Positions 18,371-27,965 of a stretch of 64,000 bases of DNA are shown here, in pieces. The stretch spans positions 71,484-135,483 of the forward strand of contig JAKBJL010000002.1 of the NCBI GenBank assembly GCA_021836035.1. The letters run 5' to 3'. Source of the stretch: a bacterium. Lineage in GTDB: Bacteria; Patescibacteriota; Microgenomatia; JAMCZE01. A program made the position numbers and the translations under genes. How positions within the stretch are numbered: the first letter of the stretch is position 1; every line of letters begins with the position of its first letter. The notes beneath the pieces are model-generated. The model did not search any database. It was not told where the DNA came from and saw only the letters and a program-made list of their open reading frames with translations.

Positions 18371-19473
18371 TACCCCCTGACAAAAAACGTCGTCAATACC
18401 ACTTCCAGGAGCGCGAACAGTATCGCTAACCCGATCTTAAACGGGCGATTTTTTATTAGGGCCAGGCCGATAAAAACGGGAAAGACAGTCAACAGATAGC
18501 GCGGCAGGGAAGAGAGAGTACCGGAAAATACGGGTAAAACGAGAGCCGGCCAGGAGTAAACCAAATAAGATAAGGGCACCTTCCGCCGTACGGTCAGCCA
18601 GGTTAGGATTCCTACGCCGAAAAGAAAAGCGGTAAACTCCAGAACGGCAACCCAAAAATCATAGTGGGTAACACTGGCGGTCAGAAATATCCTCAGATAG
18701 CGGTAAAGGACCTGCGGCGGCGTTACCAAACCGGAAAGGGTATTCGCCCGGGCATTCTTAAACGCTCCCTGGTTAAATAAAAACAACAAGGGGTTGCCGA
18801 ACTGGCGCCAGAGGTAAAACATATAACTAAGAACTCCCCCGGCTGCGATTATTCTCCACCGGTTTAGGGGTTTAAATATTGCCGTCGGGGCGAGAAACGC
18901 CCCCACCAGCCTCACGCCCCCGGCTAATAACCCGGCTATCCCACCAGCGATACCCGGCAAAAAGAAAGCCAGCAGTAACAGCAGTAAAAATAGCGCTTCC
19001 GTATAAACCGCACCGAAAAAAAACGAAGTCGGAAAAGCAAAAAGAAAAATAACCGACCAGAAGGCTACGTTTTTATTCAGGTCCCGGCTGACCAATTTAT
19101 AAAGGAGGATAGCCGCAAGCAATGCGGAGACATTAGCAATCAGCAATCCCGCCAGAAATAAATTACCGGTAAGAAAGGAGACAAGCTTTATTAAAAGGGG
19201 ATAAACCGGGAAAAATACCTGCTCCCCGTTAATCAGACCGGCATAGCCGTGACGGGCTACCGTCAGATAATGAACCCCGTCAAAATTACCCCACTGCCAA
19301 AGCCACTGGGGATAACCGGAAATGATCAGGGACTCGTTAATCAGGGGAAAACTGGCCTTAAATTCCAGAAGACGGAGAGCGATTATTCCCCATAAAAAAA
19401 GCAGCCCGCGCCAGAGAAGGAAAGCAAGTATTACCGGCTTAAGCTCCGTTATTGATCTTTTCATAGACCGCAA
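18358..19473 (-). CDS. GT-C membrane mannosyltransferase, PIG-V/Gpi18-like
   Basis: ...WGNFDGVHYLTVARHGYAGLINGEQVFFPVYPLL... resembles the PIG-V family signature (WD..Y..IA..GY...AFFPLYP). The protein is 371 aa with about 8 helices. Confidence 0.55.
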   Translation of the reverse strand: MRSMKRSITELKPVILAFLLWRGLLFLWGIIALRLLEFKASFPLINESLIISGYPQWLWQWGNFDGVHYLTVARHGYAGLINGEQVFFPVYPLLIKLVSFLTGNLFLAGLLIANVSALLAAILLYKLVSRDLNKNVAFWSVIFLFAFPTSFFFGAVYTEALFLLLLLLAFFLPGIAGGIAGLLAGGVRLVGAFLAPTAIFKPLNRWRIIAAGGVLSYMFYLWRQFGNPLLFLFNQGAFKNARANTLSGLVTPPQVLYRYLRIFLTASVTHYDFWVAVLEFTAFLFGVGILTWLTVRRKVPLSYLVYSWPALVLPVFSGTLSSLPRYLLTVFPVFIGLALIKNRPFKIGLAILFALLEVVLTTFFVRGYWVS

Positions 19474-20500
19474 GTGTCCCGAGCGCCGTTTTTTCCCAAC
19501 TGAACTGTCCGGCTTGGGAGAGACAATTTCGGCTTAGGCTTTGATAGCCTTCGGGTGATAGGCTTAAAACCTGGACGACTTTGGCACATAAATCTTCAGG
19601 GCTTTTGATATCGGCATAAACACCGGCTTCTCCGGCAACCTCCGGCAGGCTGCTGTTCTTTCCACAGACCACCGGACAACCGCAGGCCATCGCCTCAACT
19701 ACCGGCAAACCGAATCCTTCATACAACGACGGTTGGACATAAACCTTTGCCAGGTTATAAAAAACCGCCAGGTCTTCCGGCGGGACAAAACCGGGTGAGA
19801 CGACTTTTTCCGCAATTCCCAAAGCCTCCGCCTCCCTTTTTATTTCCCCCGCCTCCGGAATTTCCAGAGAATTAAAAGACCTTCCCGCCAAAACCAGATT
19901 AACCCCCCGGTATTTTTTTAGACCTATCAGTTTGGCGAAAGCCCGTAACAGACCGGCCAGGTTTTTATTGTAATTGATGTCTCCGACATAAAGAATAAAC
20001 TCCTCAGGCAACTGATATTTATCCTTAACCGCGAACAACCTATCTCCGTCTTTAAGCGGTCTAAAATCCGCACCCGGAGCTTCATAAGTAACAAAGATTT
20101 TATTTTTGGGGAAACCAACCAGGCGGATGATATCGTTTTTAGATGAACGGGAAACGGTAATAAGAGCGTCGGAAAAACGCAGGGAAAATTTTTGGATTTG
20201 CCATTTTAATTTTCCCTTAAATCCCCGGGGGAATCCGGCGGGAAACAAAAGCGGCGTCAGGTCATGAACCGTAACCACCGAATTTTTCCGGATCATAAAC
20301 GGCAGGGTCAAAAAGAAAGTGTCGTAATAGGGAAAATGGACAATATCAAACTTTTTATACGGCGAGGACAGGTAAGAAAAATCGACCAGCTCGATATCGG
20401 CGTTAAGTTTTACTAAGGCTTCAAACAGTCTTTCCGTATAAAAGCCTACTCCCCTGACGGTATTGGCAAGATTCGGCGGCCGGACCAAAGCGATATTCAT
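19439..20500 (-). CDS. Glycosyltransferase family 4
   Basis: ...PSLYEGFGLPVVEAMACGCPVVCGKNSSLPEVAG... is the E-x7-E motif. Confidence 0.8.
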   Translation of the reverse strand: MNIALVRPPNLANTVRGVGFYTERLFEALVKLNADIELVDFSYLSSPYKKFDIVHFPYYDTFFLTLPFMIRKNSVVTVHDLTPLLFPAGFPRGFKGKLKWQIQKFSLRFSDALITVSRSSKNDIIRLVGFPKNKIFVTYEAPGADFRPLKDGDRLFAVKDKYQLPEEFILYVGDINYNKNLAGLLRAFAKLIGLKKYRGVNLVLAGRSFNSLEIPEAGEIKREAEALGIAEKVVSPGFVPPEDLAVFYNLAKVYVQPSLYEGFGLPVVEAMACGCPVVCGKNSSLPEVAGEAGVYADIKSPEDLCAKVVQVLSLSPEGYQSLSRNCLSQAGQFSWEKTALGTLAVYEKINNGA

Positions 20501-21240
20501 AATTTCTCCCGGGATTTAAAATAAGCGATCGGAAAATTCAAAGACGAAAAAAGCGCCCAGATAAAACCCGGAAAACCGTCCAGGAATCCCAGATGGCGGA
20601 AATATATAGTAAAAAAACCCTGCCGGCTGTCAAACAAAGGTCTAACCAGCATATTGGCTAAAAAACCGCCGCTTACCGTTTCCGCCCATAAATCCGTATA
20701 GCGGTTAAAGTGTTCCAGATAGCGGTAGAAGGTTTCATTGGCGTAGTGCAGCAAATCGTGTTTCAAATATCCGGTTTTTCCCGTAACTTCAGCCTGTTCG
20801 TGAACGCTTTTGCAGGGCAGGCGCCCCTTACCGCGGCGGTATAACCTTAAGGTATAGTCGGGATATGCTCCGCCTTTCTTTAAGAACTTTCCCAGAAAAA
20901 AATTACTCCGGGGCAGCCAAAAGCCGTTTTCCGGCGGATCCGCCGCTAAAACGCTGTCGATCTCTTTCTTTAAATCGGGGGTGACCACTTCGTCCGCGTC
21001 CAGCTGCAAAATCCAATCGCCGCGGGCCTGTTCAATGGCCTTTTGCTTATTGAGGTGAAAGATCGGCGGATTATCGGTAACCGTAACCTTGGCACCGTAT
21101 TTTTCGGCAATGGCCACCGTCTTATCCGTTGAGGTACCGTCAACAACGATAATCTCCCCGGCCCAGCCCTTTACCGCCGCGAGGCATCTGGCCAAGTTTT
21201 GTTCCTCGTTGAACGTTGCTAAGACTACCGAAAGCCTCAT
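20497..21240 (-). CDS. Glycosyltransferase family 2, WaaE/KdtX-like (paralog 1 of 3)
   Basis: RLSVVLATFNEEQNLARCLAAVKGWAGEIIVVDGTSTDKT...WILQLDADEVVT... is shared with the GT2s at 41008..41811 and 44385..45281. Confidence 0.7.
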   Translation of the reverse strand: MRLSVVLATFNEEQNLARCLAAVKGWAGEIIVVDGTSTDKTVAIAEKYGAKVTVTDNPPIFHLNKQKAIEQARGDWILQLDADEVVTPDLKKEIDSVLAADPPENGFWLPRSNFFLGKFLKKGGAYPDYTLRLYRRGKGRLPCKSVHEQAEVTGKTGYLKHDLLHYANETFYRYLEHFNRYTDLWAETVSGGFLANMLVRPLFDSRQGFFTIYFRHLGFLDGFPGFIWALFSSLNFPIAYFKSREKL

Positions 21241-22919
21241 ACTATGAATATTACCAAGGTTATGGCCAAAGCGCCAAGCGAAATAAGGTCGGAAAATTTT
21301 CTCACCGGAGTTTCTCCGAATTGGGCAGTCACATCGTGGGTGCCGGCGGGGACGCTAACGAGCATGGTACCGCTGTAATCGGTTCCGTCCGGAGATAGGG
21401 AACTGCCGCTGACGCTTAAACCGGAATCGAGCGGCACAGCTTTGCCGTCCAGATTTACCCGCCAGCCGGGAAAATAAAGCGTGTTTAAACGTAGGGAGGA
21501 GGCGGTGGCTACCGTAATTGTATATTCCTGAAAATGAGAGGTTATTTTGTCAACGATGATTTTCCCCTGTCCCCCGATAAGCTGAGCCCGCTGGGCAACC
21601 GGCGGAAAGGACATTGCCAAACGATCTTTAGGTGTAAATTCACCAAGCTGGGTTCCCGACTCAGCAAAGGAGAATAAAAAGTCATCACGGTAATTTAGCA
21701 CCTCGTTAATGCGCGTATGGTTACGGTTGGCGATAATTACGGCCATAACCAGCAAAACTGCGCCGCCCAGCTGCAGAATCCTTCCGGGTATTTGGCGTAC
21801 CAATAAAGCTCCGAGAATGGCCGAGGAAAAAACCGTTACCCCCAATAGCCTCCAGGGATAATCGATAGTGGATAAGGCGTTCACGTTTTTCCAGAGAAAA
21901 ACGACCGGAGGGATATCGGTCATCAAAATGACGGTTAAACCAAGGCAAAACAAAGCAAAAATAAATAAATATTTATCACCTCCGGTATATATTTTCTTTT
22001 TTAAAATTAAAGCGACGGGTACAACTATGACGGCTAAAAATACCGTAAGAATTTGTCCTAGTCCGATCTGAAAACTCATCATGTCATTTGCCGTCCCGGG
22101 AAAGGAAAAACCATAGCCCCAGGGTGAGCGGAAAAACTGCCAGAAGGCCACCAAGTGCTGCGCGGAGTAATTCATTACCTGATCAAAACGGACATCGGAC
22201 CGCTCCAGGACATCCGGAATATAAATAAAGGCTGCCAGGCAAAACCCCAATAAGGAAAATAGCGCATAATGAAAAATGCCGCTCCACTTCCTTGTCCGGT
22301 ACAAAAGCAACGCGGCATATAAAGATCCCAGCGGTAAAAAGATGAAAGCGACCAGATTATGGGCCAGCATAAGCAATCCGGTAGCGAAAGCGCCGACAGC
22401 TATCCACTTGCGATTTCCCGTCCCGAAGACTTCATCAATGGCTAAAAATACCGGCGGAATAAAAGCGTAGGCAATGCTTTCGGCGTAAGCGGCACGCACA
22501 AAAATCATTAAAAAGCGATAGGGCGCCCAGAGGTAAAATACCGCCCCGACCAGGGCCGGGATTTTTCCCAATTTCTTCTCCAGCCAGAGATAAAAAGTAA
22601 TTCCGGATAAAAGATAGGCGCCGCCCAGAACCGCTTTAAAACTATCAGTAACCGTGAGCCCGAGATAATGCAGTAAAGCTCCCAGAAAGTAGGGTAAAGG
22701 ATAGATATAGGAAAATATTGGTGAACCCAGAAATCCGTTCAAATTCTGCGCCCAACGGACGGGTAACTGACCGTCTTTTAACGCCAGGAAAAAGTTGGCG
22801 ATGCGGACCGTATGGTGCAAGCCGTCATGGCTGGTGTAAAAACCCGGTGTCAGCAAAGCTTTAATTCCCAATAGTCCCAGGAAAAATAGCAGGAAAATAA
22901 TTAAGGTTCTGTTTCTCAT
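21237..22919 (-). CDS. Polytopic membrane protein, short YfhO-related family (PTPS-related-like); putative GT-C
   Basis: The N-terminal ...FYTSHDGLHHTVRIANFFLALKDGQLPVRW... and C-terminal ...YFPGWRVNLDGKAV...HDVTAQFGETPVRKFSDLISLGALAITL are shared with 46704..48443 and 48440..49984. Confidence 0.5.
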   Translation of the reverse strand: MRNRTLIIFLLFFLGLLGIKALLTPGFYTSHDGLHHTVRIANFFLALKDGQLPVRWAQNLNGFLGSPIFSYIYPLPYFLGALLHYLGLTVTDSFKAVLGGAYLLSGITFYLWLEKKLGKIPALVGAVFYLWAPYRFLMIFVRAAYAESIAYAFIPPVFLAIDEVFGTGNRKWIAVGAFATGLLMLAHNLVAFIFLPLGSLYAALLLYRTRKWSGIFHYALFSLLGFCLAAFIYIPDVLERSDVRFDQVMNYSAQHLVAFWQFFRSPWGYGFSFPGTANDMMSFQIGLGQILTVFLAVIVVPVALILKKKIYTGGDKYLFIFALFCLGLTVILMTDIPPVVFLWKNVNALSTIDYPWRLLGVTVFSSAILGALLVRQIPGRILQLGGAVLLVMAVIIANRNHTRINEVLNYRDDFLFSFAESGTQLGEFTPKDRLAMSFPPVAQRAQLIGGQGKIIVDKITSHFQEYTITVATASSLRLNTLYFPGWRVNLDGKAVPLDSGLSVSGSSLSPDGTDYSGTMLVSVPAGTHDVTAQFGETPVRKFSDLISLGALAITLVIFIV

Positions 22920-24370
22920 TCTAAAAATTGCCTGGCATCAAACATCAGAGAATCTCCCAAGAGATGGCGATTATGGTCCGTATCCTCAAAGTATACTCCC
23001 CGGAAATTTTCCCCGAAATAGAGACGGAACATATCCGTCCCGCCGGTAGCGTAGGCCAATTCCCGGGAGGGATGTAATTTATTCCCGGTTAAAGCACAAA
23101 CCGGATTATTGTTATTGCGAAAATAAATATTAGGGTAAAAAACCGGCGACGAACCGCTCAAAACTAAAAGCCGCATGACCCTTTCGGCAGCAACCGCTCT
23201 TTTCACCGACCAATGGTTGGAGATATTGAAATTCAATGCGGAAAAACTTAATAACAGATAGATAAAACAGGCAAGAACGATCATTTGCCGCGAAAGATTC
23301 CGGACCACTACTGCCAGTATCAGGGCTAACCCGCAAAGCGGCAGAGTCAGGCTATAGGCAAACTTGTGAAAGGGATAAAAAGCCACGGGCAAAAGGAAAA
23401 CGACAAAAAAAACCACCCCGAAAATAAGTATGTTCACGGGTTCTTCTCTTATCCGGCGCCATCTGTCGCGGCTGTTTTCCCACATCCGGGCTAAACCTAA
23501 GGAAAGCAACCCGAAGAACCCGGCAAACATTCCTAAAACCCTGTTACCCCATAAACCAAATTCGGTAAAAATCGCCGGGTTAATTAGCAGGGGAAGCTTA
23601 AACAATTTAATGTTGACATAGGCTTCCGGCAACCCCAACCCCCAAAGTCCGTACCAGAAATAATTATTGAGAATTTGCTTCGGATTAAAGTTAAAAGCAT
23701 AAGCTTCCCCGGAAGCAAAACCGAAAAATTTAAGGCGCGCAATTACATATAAAGCAACTACCATCAAAGACGCGCCCAAAAGCGGCCACTTGATCTTTTT
23801 CTGCCATAACCAGTCTGCAAAAAATAAAACCGGCGGGATGACGACCGCCGTTTCTTTAGAGGCTAACGCCAACAGAAAACCAGCTAAAAATAACCAACTG
23901 CCGCGCAAATAAAAAATGACCGTTAAAAGTCCGAAAGTCGCTAAAGCCAATTCCTGTATCTGGGAGAGGAAAAAGAGGCGGTAAAAATGGGATCCCGAAA
24001 AGGCGTAAAAAAAGGATGTTAAAACAGCCAAGCCGTCGTTCCGGCAGAGAAGCTTTACTAACCAGAAAACCAGCAGGATATTAACTAGGAAGAAACCAAA
24101 AGCGATTAGATGATACCCCAGGGGTTGGAGACCGAAGAGATTTTGACCGAGGCGCCAAAACAGCTGCGTCGTCAACGGACGATAAAATTTAAAATCGAGG
24201 ACGGGGGCCTTAAAAATATTAAAAGCGTCACCCAGGCTTTGGCTGTTAGCCAGAAGCATATTAAAAAAATCGTCCTGGAAGAAAAAATTTCCTAATGCCT
24301 GCCGGTAGAATAAGGCGGCAACCGGAAGGAGCAAAACCAGCAGATATTGCGGTTTGGCAAAGGTTTTCAT
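22916..24370 (-). CDS. Polytopic membrane protein, putative GT-C glycosyltransferase
   Basis: The protein is 484 aa and multi-helical. The first extracytoplasmic loop, ...GNFFFQDDFFNMLLANSQSLGDAFN..., carries a DD motif. Confidence 0.4.
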   Translation of the reverse strand: MKTFAKPQYLLVLLLPVAALFYRQALGNFFFQDDFFNMLLANSQSLGDAFNIFKAPVLDFKFYRPLTTQLFWRLGQNLFGLQPLGYHLIAFGFFLVNILLVFWLVKLLCRNDGLAVLTSFFYAFSGSHFYRLFFLSQIQELALATFGLLTVIFYLRGSWLFLAGFLLALASKETAVVIPPVLFFADWLWQKKIKWPLLGASLMVVALYVIARLKFFGFASGEAYAFNFNPKQILNNYFWYGLWGLGLPEAYVNIKLFKLPLLINPAIFTEFGLWGNRVLGMFAGFFGLLSLGLARMWENSRDRWRRIREEPVNILIFGVVFFVVFLLPVAFYPFHKFAYSLTLPLCGLALILAVVVRNLSRQMIVLACFIYLLLSFSALNFNISNHWSVKRAVAAERVMRLLVLSGSSPVFYPNIYFRNNNNPVCALTGNKLHPSRELAYATGGTDMFRLYFGENFRGVYFEDTDHNRHLLGDSLMFDARQFLE

Positions 24371-25140
24371 GAACCTGAGGAAAATATCGGACTATGATAT
24401 ATCCCCCATCGATGGAGAAGATATAAAAACACTTCCCAGCAGCTTTCAAGACCGAACTTCAAACCGCGCCAGCCGCTGATGGAAGATTGCTGGTCGTGAT
24501 AGCGGGTCGGGATAGGGATTTCCCCGATCGCTAGCCCCGCGGCGACCGCCGAAATCGTAAATTGCTGATCGAAAACAAAATCGTTGGAAAAACGCTGAAA
24601 AGGAACTTTCTCCAGGCACTTGCGGCTGTAGGCGCGTAACCCGCTCATATATTCAGACAAATTTTCGCCGAGGATAATATTGGCAAAAAGCGTAAACAGG
24701 CGGTTAAAAAAATATTTTTGCTTCGGCATCCCGCCGGCCAGCGCCATCCCGCGGTTTTTTATCCGGCTGCCGAACATCATATCGTAATCCCCGTTTAAAA
24801 TCGGGTCGACCAAACCCTTGATTTTCGATCCGTCATACTGGTAGTCGGGATGAAGCATCACTACGACGTCCGGATTCCTTTTTAACGCTTCCCAATAACA
24901 GGTTTTTTGATTACCGCCGTACCCCAGGTTATGAGGATGCCTAAAAACCGTTAAGCCCAGTTTTTGCGCCGTCTCCGCCGTTTTATCCTTGCTTCCGTCA
25001 TCAACCAGAATTATTTCGCTTACTAACCCCGCCGGAATTTCCCGAAAAGTGCTCTCGACCGTCCGCTCGGCATAGTAAGCCGGCATAACGACGACAATTT
25101 TCGGTTTCGTTTTTGCCATCTTTTTACTCCATTCTAGCAA
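24367..25140 (-). CDS. GT2 polyprenyl-phosphate sugar synthase (Dpm1/Ppm1-like)
   Basis: KIVVVMPAYYAERTV...IILVDDGSKDKTAETA...VVVMLHPDYQYDGSKI... matches the Dpm1 pattern. It sits immediately downstream of a PMT_2-type GT-C gene. Confidence 0.8.
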   Translation of the reverse strand: MLEWSKKMAKTKPKIVVVMPAYYAERTVESTFREIPAGLVSEIILVDDGSKDKTAETAQKLGLTVFRHPHNLGYGGNQKTCYWEALKRNPDVVVMLHPDYQYDGSKIKGLVDPILNGDYDMMFGSRIKNRGMALAGGMPKQKYFFNRLFTLFANIILGENLSEYMSGLRAYSRKCLEKVPFQRFSNDFVFDQQFTISAVAAGLAIGEIPIPTRYHDQQSSISGWRGLKFGLESCWEVFLYLLHRWGIYHSPIFSSGS

Positions 25141-26725
25141 AATTAAAGGCCGGTGATCCGTCGGGGAAATTGATAGTTTTAAACACTGTTAGTCCCGAAG
25201 CGTTGTCTTTGGGCGAGAGGATATACAGACCGCCGGGATCGCGCCTATCCAGAGAAAACTGATATTTATCAAAGCCGGCGTAAAAATAACCGTTATTCTT
25301 AACTACCGGAGAAACCCGGCCGTAAAAAAGAAAATAAATATAGGGCTGATCGTAAGCGGAAGTGACATAAATCCGGTCGTAATTATTTTCCGTTGCCAGA
25401 ACGTCTTTTACCACTTCCCGGTATCCATACAGCCAGGCGGGAGCGTATTCTACCGGTAAATGCACAAAATACATATGCAAATAATAAAAGCTATTCAACA
25501 ACAGCATTAAACAAACAGACGATATTGCAAAACCCCGAGATAATCTTGGCCAAACCGTAGGCGACAGCACAGAGCTTTTAACCTTTAGCCTGAAGTTTTT
25601 GGCCAAATTAATAGTTTTAATCAACCCGTATCCCGTAATAATCTGGTAAGTCGGCAGATATAATAAAGCCCGGATGGCGTGGGGAGTTTCCGTAGTCACA
25701 GCGGCAGCAGACGGGGCGAGCAAAAACCACCAAGCCAGCGGGAAAAGCCACTTGGGCCTGCGAGCTAATAAAAAATAGCTCCCGGCCAAAAGGAAAGGCA
25801 GCTCCCAAAGATAGAGCATCCCCATATTCGGAGCATGGTGCCGAAAGTTAGCGTCCCCGTTTAGAAACAAAAAGTTAAAATCGAGGTGGTCTAGATAATT
25901 TTTGGCATAGCGCGCCGCTAAAGCCGGCGGATCGGAGGGCCCCGGTCCGGAAAAGATACTGACTTCTCCGAAACGGGCGCCCACGCTTCCGACATGCAGG
26001 GTGTTGCGCACCAGGGGGTAAAGTAAAATGAAAGCCATAATTACCCCCGCAAGGCTTATTTTCCAATGGGTGAAAAATATTTTCCGGTAATAAAAGGCTA
26101 TTCCCGCTAAAAAAAGCGGTACTACCAGGCGGCTGCTGTGATAACAATATAGCGACAGGATAAAAAAGAAAATTGAGAAAAAAAGGGAAAAATAAGAGGG
26201 CAGTCTAACAAACCGGAAAAGGAAAACACTGCCCGCGATAAAAAGAAAAAGTGCCAGATTAGCCTCAAAGGCTCCGCGGCTAAACTGGATCGACCAGGGA
26301 GAAATCGCTAAGAGGAAAGCCGCTAAAAACGGTAGGGCTTGCCATTTATCTCCCCCGGTGTCGTTATCCAAGGCTAGCCACTGCCGCACCAGAAAAAAAG
26401 TCGCTATCACCGCCAGCACCCCCGCCAAGGCCGAGGGAAACCGCACGGAAAATTCGTTTAATCCCTCCAGAGCGATTCCCGGAATGGCGGCATAAATATA
26501 AACCGGCGGCTTGTAATCGTTAAAAGAGCGGAAGGAAACGGGCAGTTTATTCCCATATTCGTCGCTGCCGGTAGCAAGCAAAGAATAGGCATTCCACCCC
26601 AGGGAAGCCTCATCCCAATCCAATCCCGGGGGATTAATCCCCAGCCGGTAAAACCGCAGCAAAAAAGCCAACAGGACAATTAGCGCCAGTATAAATAGAT
26701 ATTTCCCTTTCCCGATTGGTTTCAT
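25124..26725 (-). CDS. GT-C glycosyltransferase, PMT_2/ArnT family (GT39/GT83-like), paralog A1
   Basis: ...LRFYRLGINPPGLDWDEASLGWNAYSLLATGSDEYGNKLPVSF... carries the DE-A acidic motif after TM1. The start is placed at MKPIGKGKYLF (26725) by alignment with paralog N-termini; the ORF Met at 26803 adds a non-conserved 26-aa extension. Confidence 0.7.
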   Translation of the reverse strand: MKPIGKGKYLFILALIVLLAFLLRFYRLGINPPGLDWDEASLGWNAYSLLATGSDEYGNKLPVSFRSFNDYKPPVYIYAAIPGIALEGLNEFSVRFPSALAGVLAVIATFFLVRQWLALDNDTGGDKWQALPFLAAFLLAISPWSIQFSRGAFEANLALFLFIAGSVFLFRFVRLPSYFSLFFSIFFFILSLYCYHSSRLVVPLFLAGIAFYYRKIFFTHWKISLAGVIMAFILLYPLVRNTLHVGSVGARFGEVSIFSGPGPSDPPALAARYAKNYLDHLDFNFLFLNGDANFRHHAPNMGMLYLWELPFLLAGSYFLLARRPKWLFPLAWWFLLAPSAAAVTTETPHAIRALLYLPTYQIITGYGLIKTINLAKNFRLKVKSSVLSPTVWPRLSRGFAISSVCLMLLLNSFYYLHMYFVHLPVEYAPAWLYGYREVVKDVLATENNYDRIYVTSAYDQPYIYFLFYGRVSPVVKNNGYFYAGFDKYQFSLDRRDPGGLYILSPKDNASGLTVFKTINFPDGSPAFNFARME

Positions 26726-26726
26726 C

Positions 26727-27965
26727 TCAATATAAATTAAAATGCGGGTAAATACCCCAAAGACTTGAAAGATATAAAGCGTTAAATAAAATTCCCAGGA
26801 CAATTAGGGATTTGGCAAAAAGCGATAGCCGCGGCCGGAGATTCGGAAGCAGGGCTAAAAAGAGAAAGGGTAAAAAGTCCAGTGCATAGCGATAGCCGAA
26901 CTGGGTGAAACCGACTCCGTAATATAAGAGCGAAGGAACCGCCAGTACTAAAACACTTAGCCAGGCGGAGCGGGAATAAGCTTCCTTTTTAGCACGGAAA
27001 AGCAGGAGAAACAACGGGGAAGTAAACCAGAGGGCCATCCCCCAGCCATCAGCTTTCAGATAGGGAAACTTTAAGACAAAACCACCTCCCGGCGCTAAAA
27101 CCGGATCCGGAGCTTTCAGCAATAAGGAATAAAGATTGGCCGGCAGATGACTAAGGCTCATAAAACCATACCCGGCATTGACATTCATCGGATAATTTTT
27201 TAGCGTCAGATTATAACGGTATCCGGTTTCCCAGGGCGTCCGGAAACGTTTGTAATTATAAGCCCCCAAAATTAAAAGCGAAATAACGACCGGCAAAAAA
27301 AGAAGCAGGACCGCCCGGTAATTAAATTTCGTCCGGAAGATTTCCGCCAGGAAATAAACCAGCGAAAAATATAAAGTCATGCGGGTCAACCCGGCCAGCG
27401 CTACCAAAATCCCGATCAGCCACCAACGCCGACTGCCGAAATACTCCCCAAGCGCGAACAGAACGAAGGTAAAACCCACCGCCTGAACCAGATAAGCGGA
27501 AATATTCACCAGGCCGGCCCCGAAAAGCACGGTGGAAAAAACCAAAAAGAGCGCCAGCCAAAAGCTGTCGCTATCAGAAAACTTTAATTTTAGCGCGAGA
27601 AAATAGGCGGTACAAAAAGAAAACAAAAGCGCTCCCCAGCCTAAAACCTCCTGGAGCTGATTATTCTTTGTCAAGAAAGCCAGCGGCATAAGAAGTATGG
27701 AAGGCCAGGGACCGAAATAAATAAACCGCCTGTCAAAAAACGCGACAATATCCCCGTTCGGAAGCCCCAAAGGAGAGAGCTCCACGCTTCCCTTGAGAAA
27801 CTGCCGGGCCAGAAGCATCAGGTGGATATCCCCGCCGGCTTGCTTTGCCGCTATCGGCCCGAAAATCAAAATCGCGGAAAAAAGAGCAAAATAAAGCAAC
27901 AAAAAGGGCAGCCACCAAACTTTTAAAAAAGCTCTCATGCCCCGCACTCCCCCTTTATTGATCAT
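26727..27965 (-). CDS. Polytopic membrane protein, putative GT-C-like glycosyltransferase
   Basis: The protein is 412 aa with about 10 helices. It has a periplasmic-loop D (NGDIVAFFD) and an ArnT-like C-terminal helix bundle. Confidence 0.35.
   Translation of the reverse strand: MINKGGVRGMRAFLKVWWLPFLLLYFALFSAILIFGPIAAKQAGGDIHLMLLARQFLKGSVELSPLGLPNGDIVAFFDRRFIYFGPWPSILLMPLAFLTKNNQLQEVLGWGALLFSFCTAYFLALKLKFSDSDSFWLALFLVFSTVLFGAGLVNISAYLVQAVGFTFVLFALGEYFGSRRWWLIGILVALAGLTRMTLYFSLVYFLAEIFRTKFNYRAVLLLFLPVVISLLILGAYNYKRFRTPWETGYRYNLTLKNYPMNVNAGYGFMSLSHLPANLYSLLLKAPDPVLAPGGGFVLKFPYLKADGWGMALWFTSPLFLLLFRAKKEAYSRSAWLSVLVLAVPSLLYYGVGFTQFGYRYALDFLPFLFLALLPNLRPRLSLFAKSLIVLGILFNALYLSSLWGIYPHFNLY

Noticed and set aside
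25124-26803. The 26-aa N-terminal extension (MSWEFYLTLYIFQVFGVFTRILIYIE) of the PMT_2 paralog
   Set aside because: Alignment with four paralogs places the true start at MKPIGKGKYLF (26725). The extension would overlap the upstream gene by 77 nt and is not conserved.
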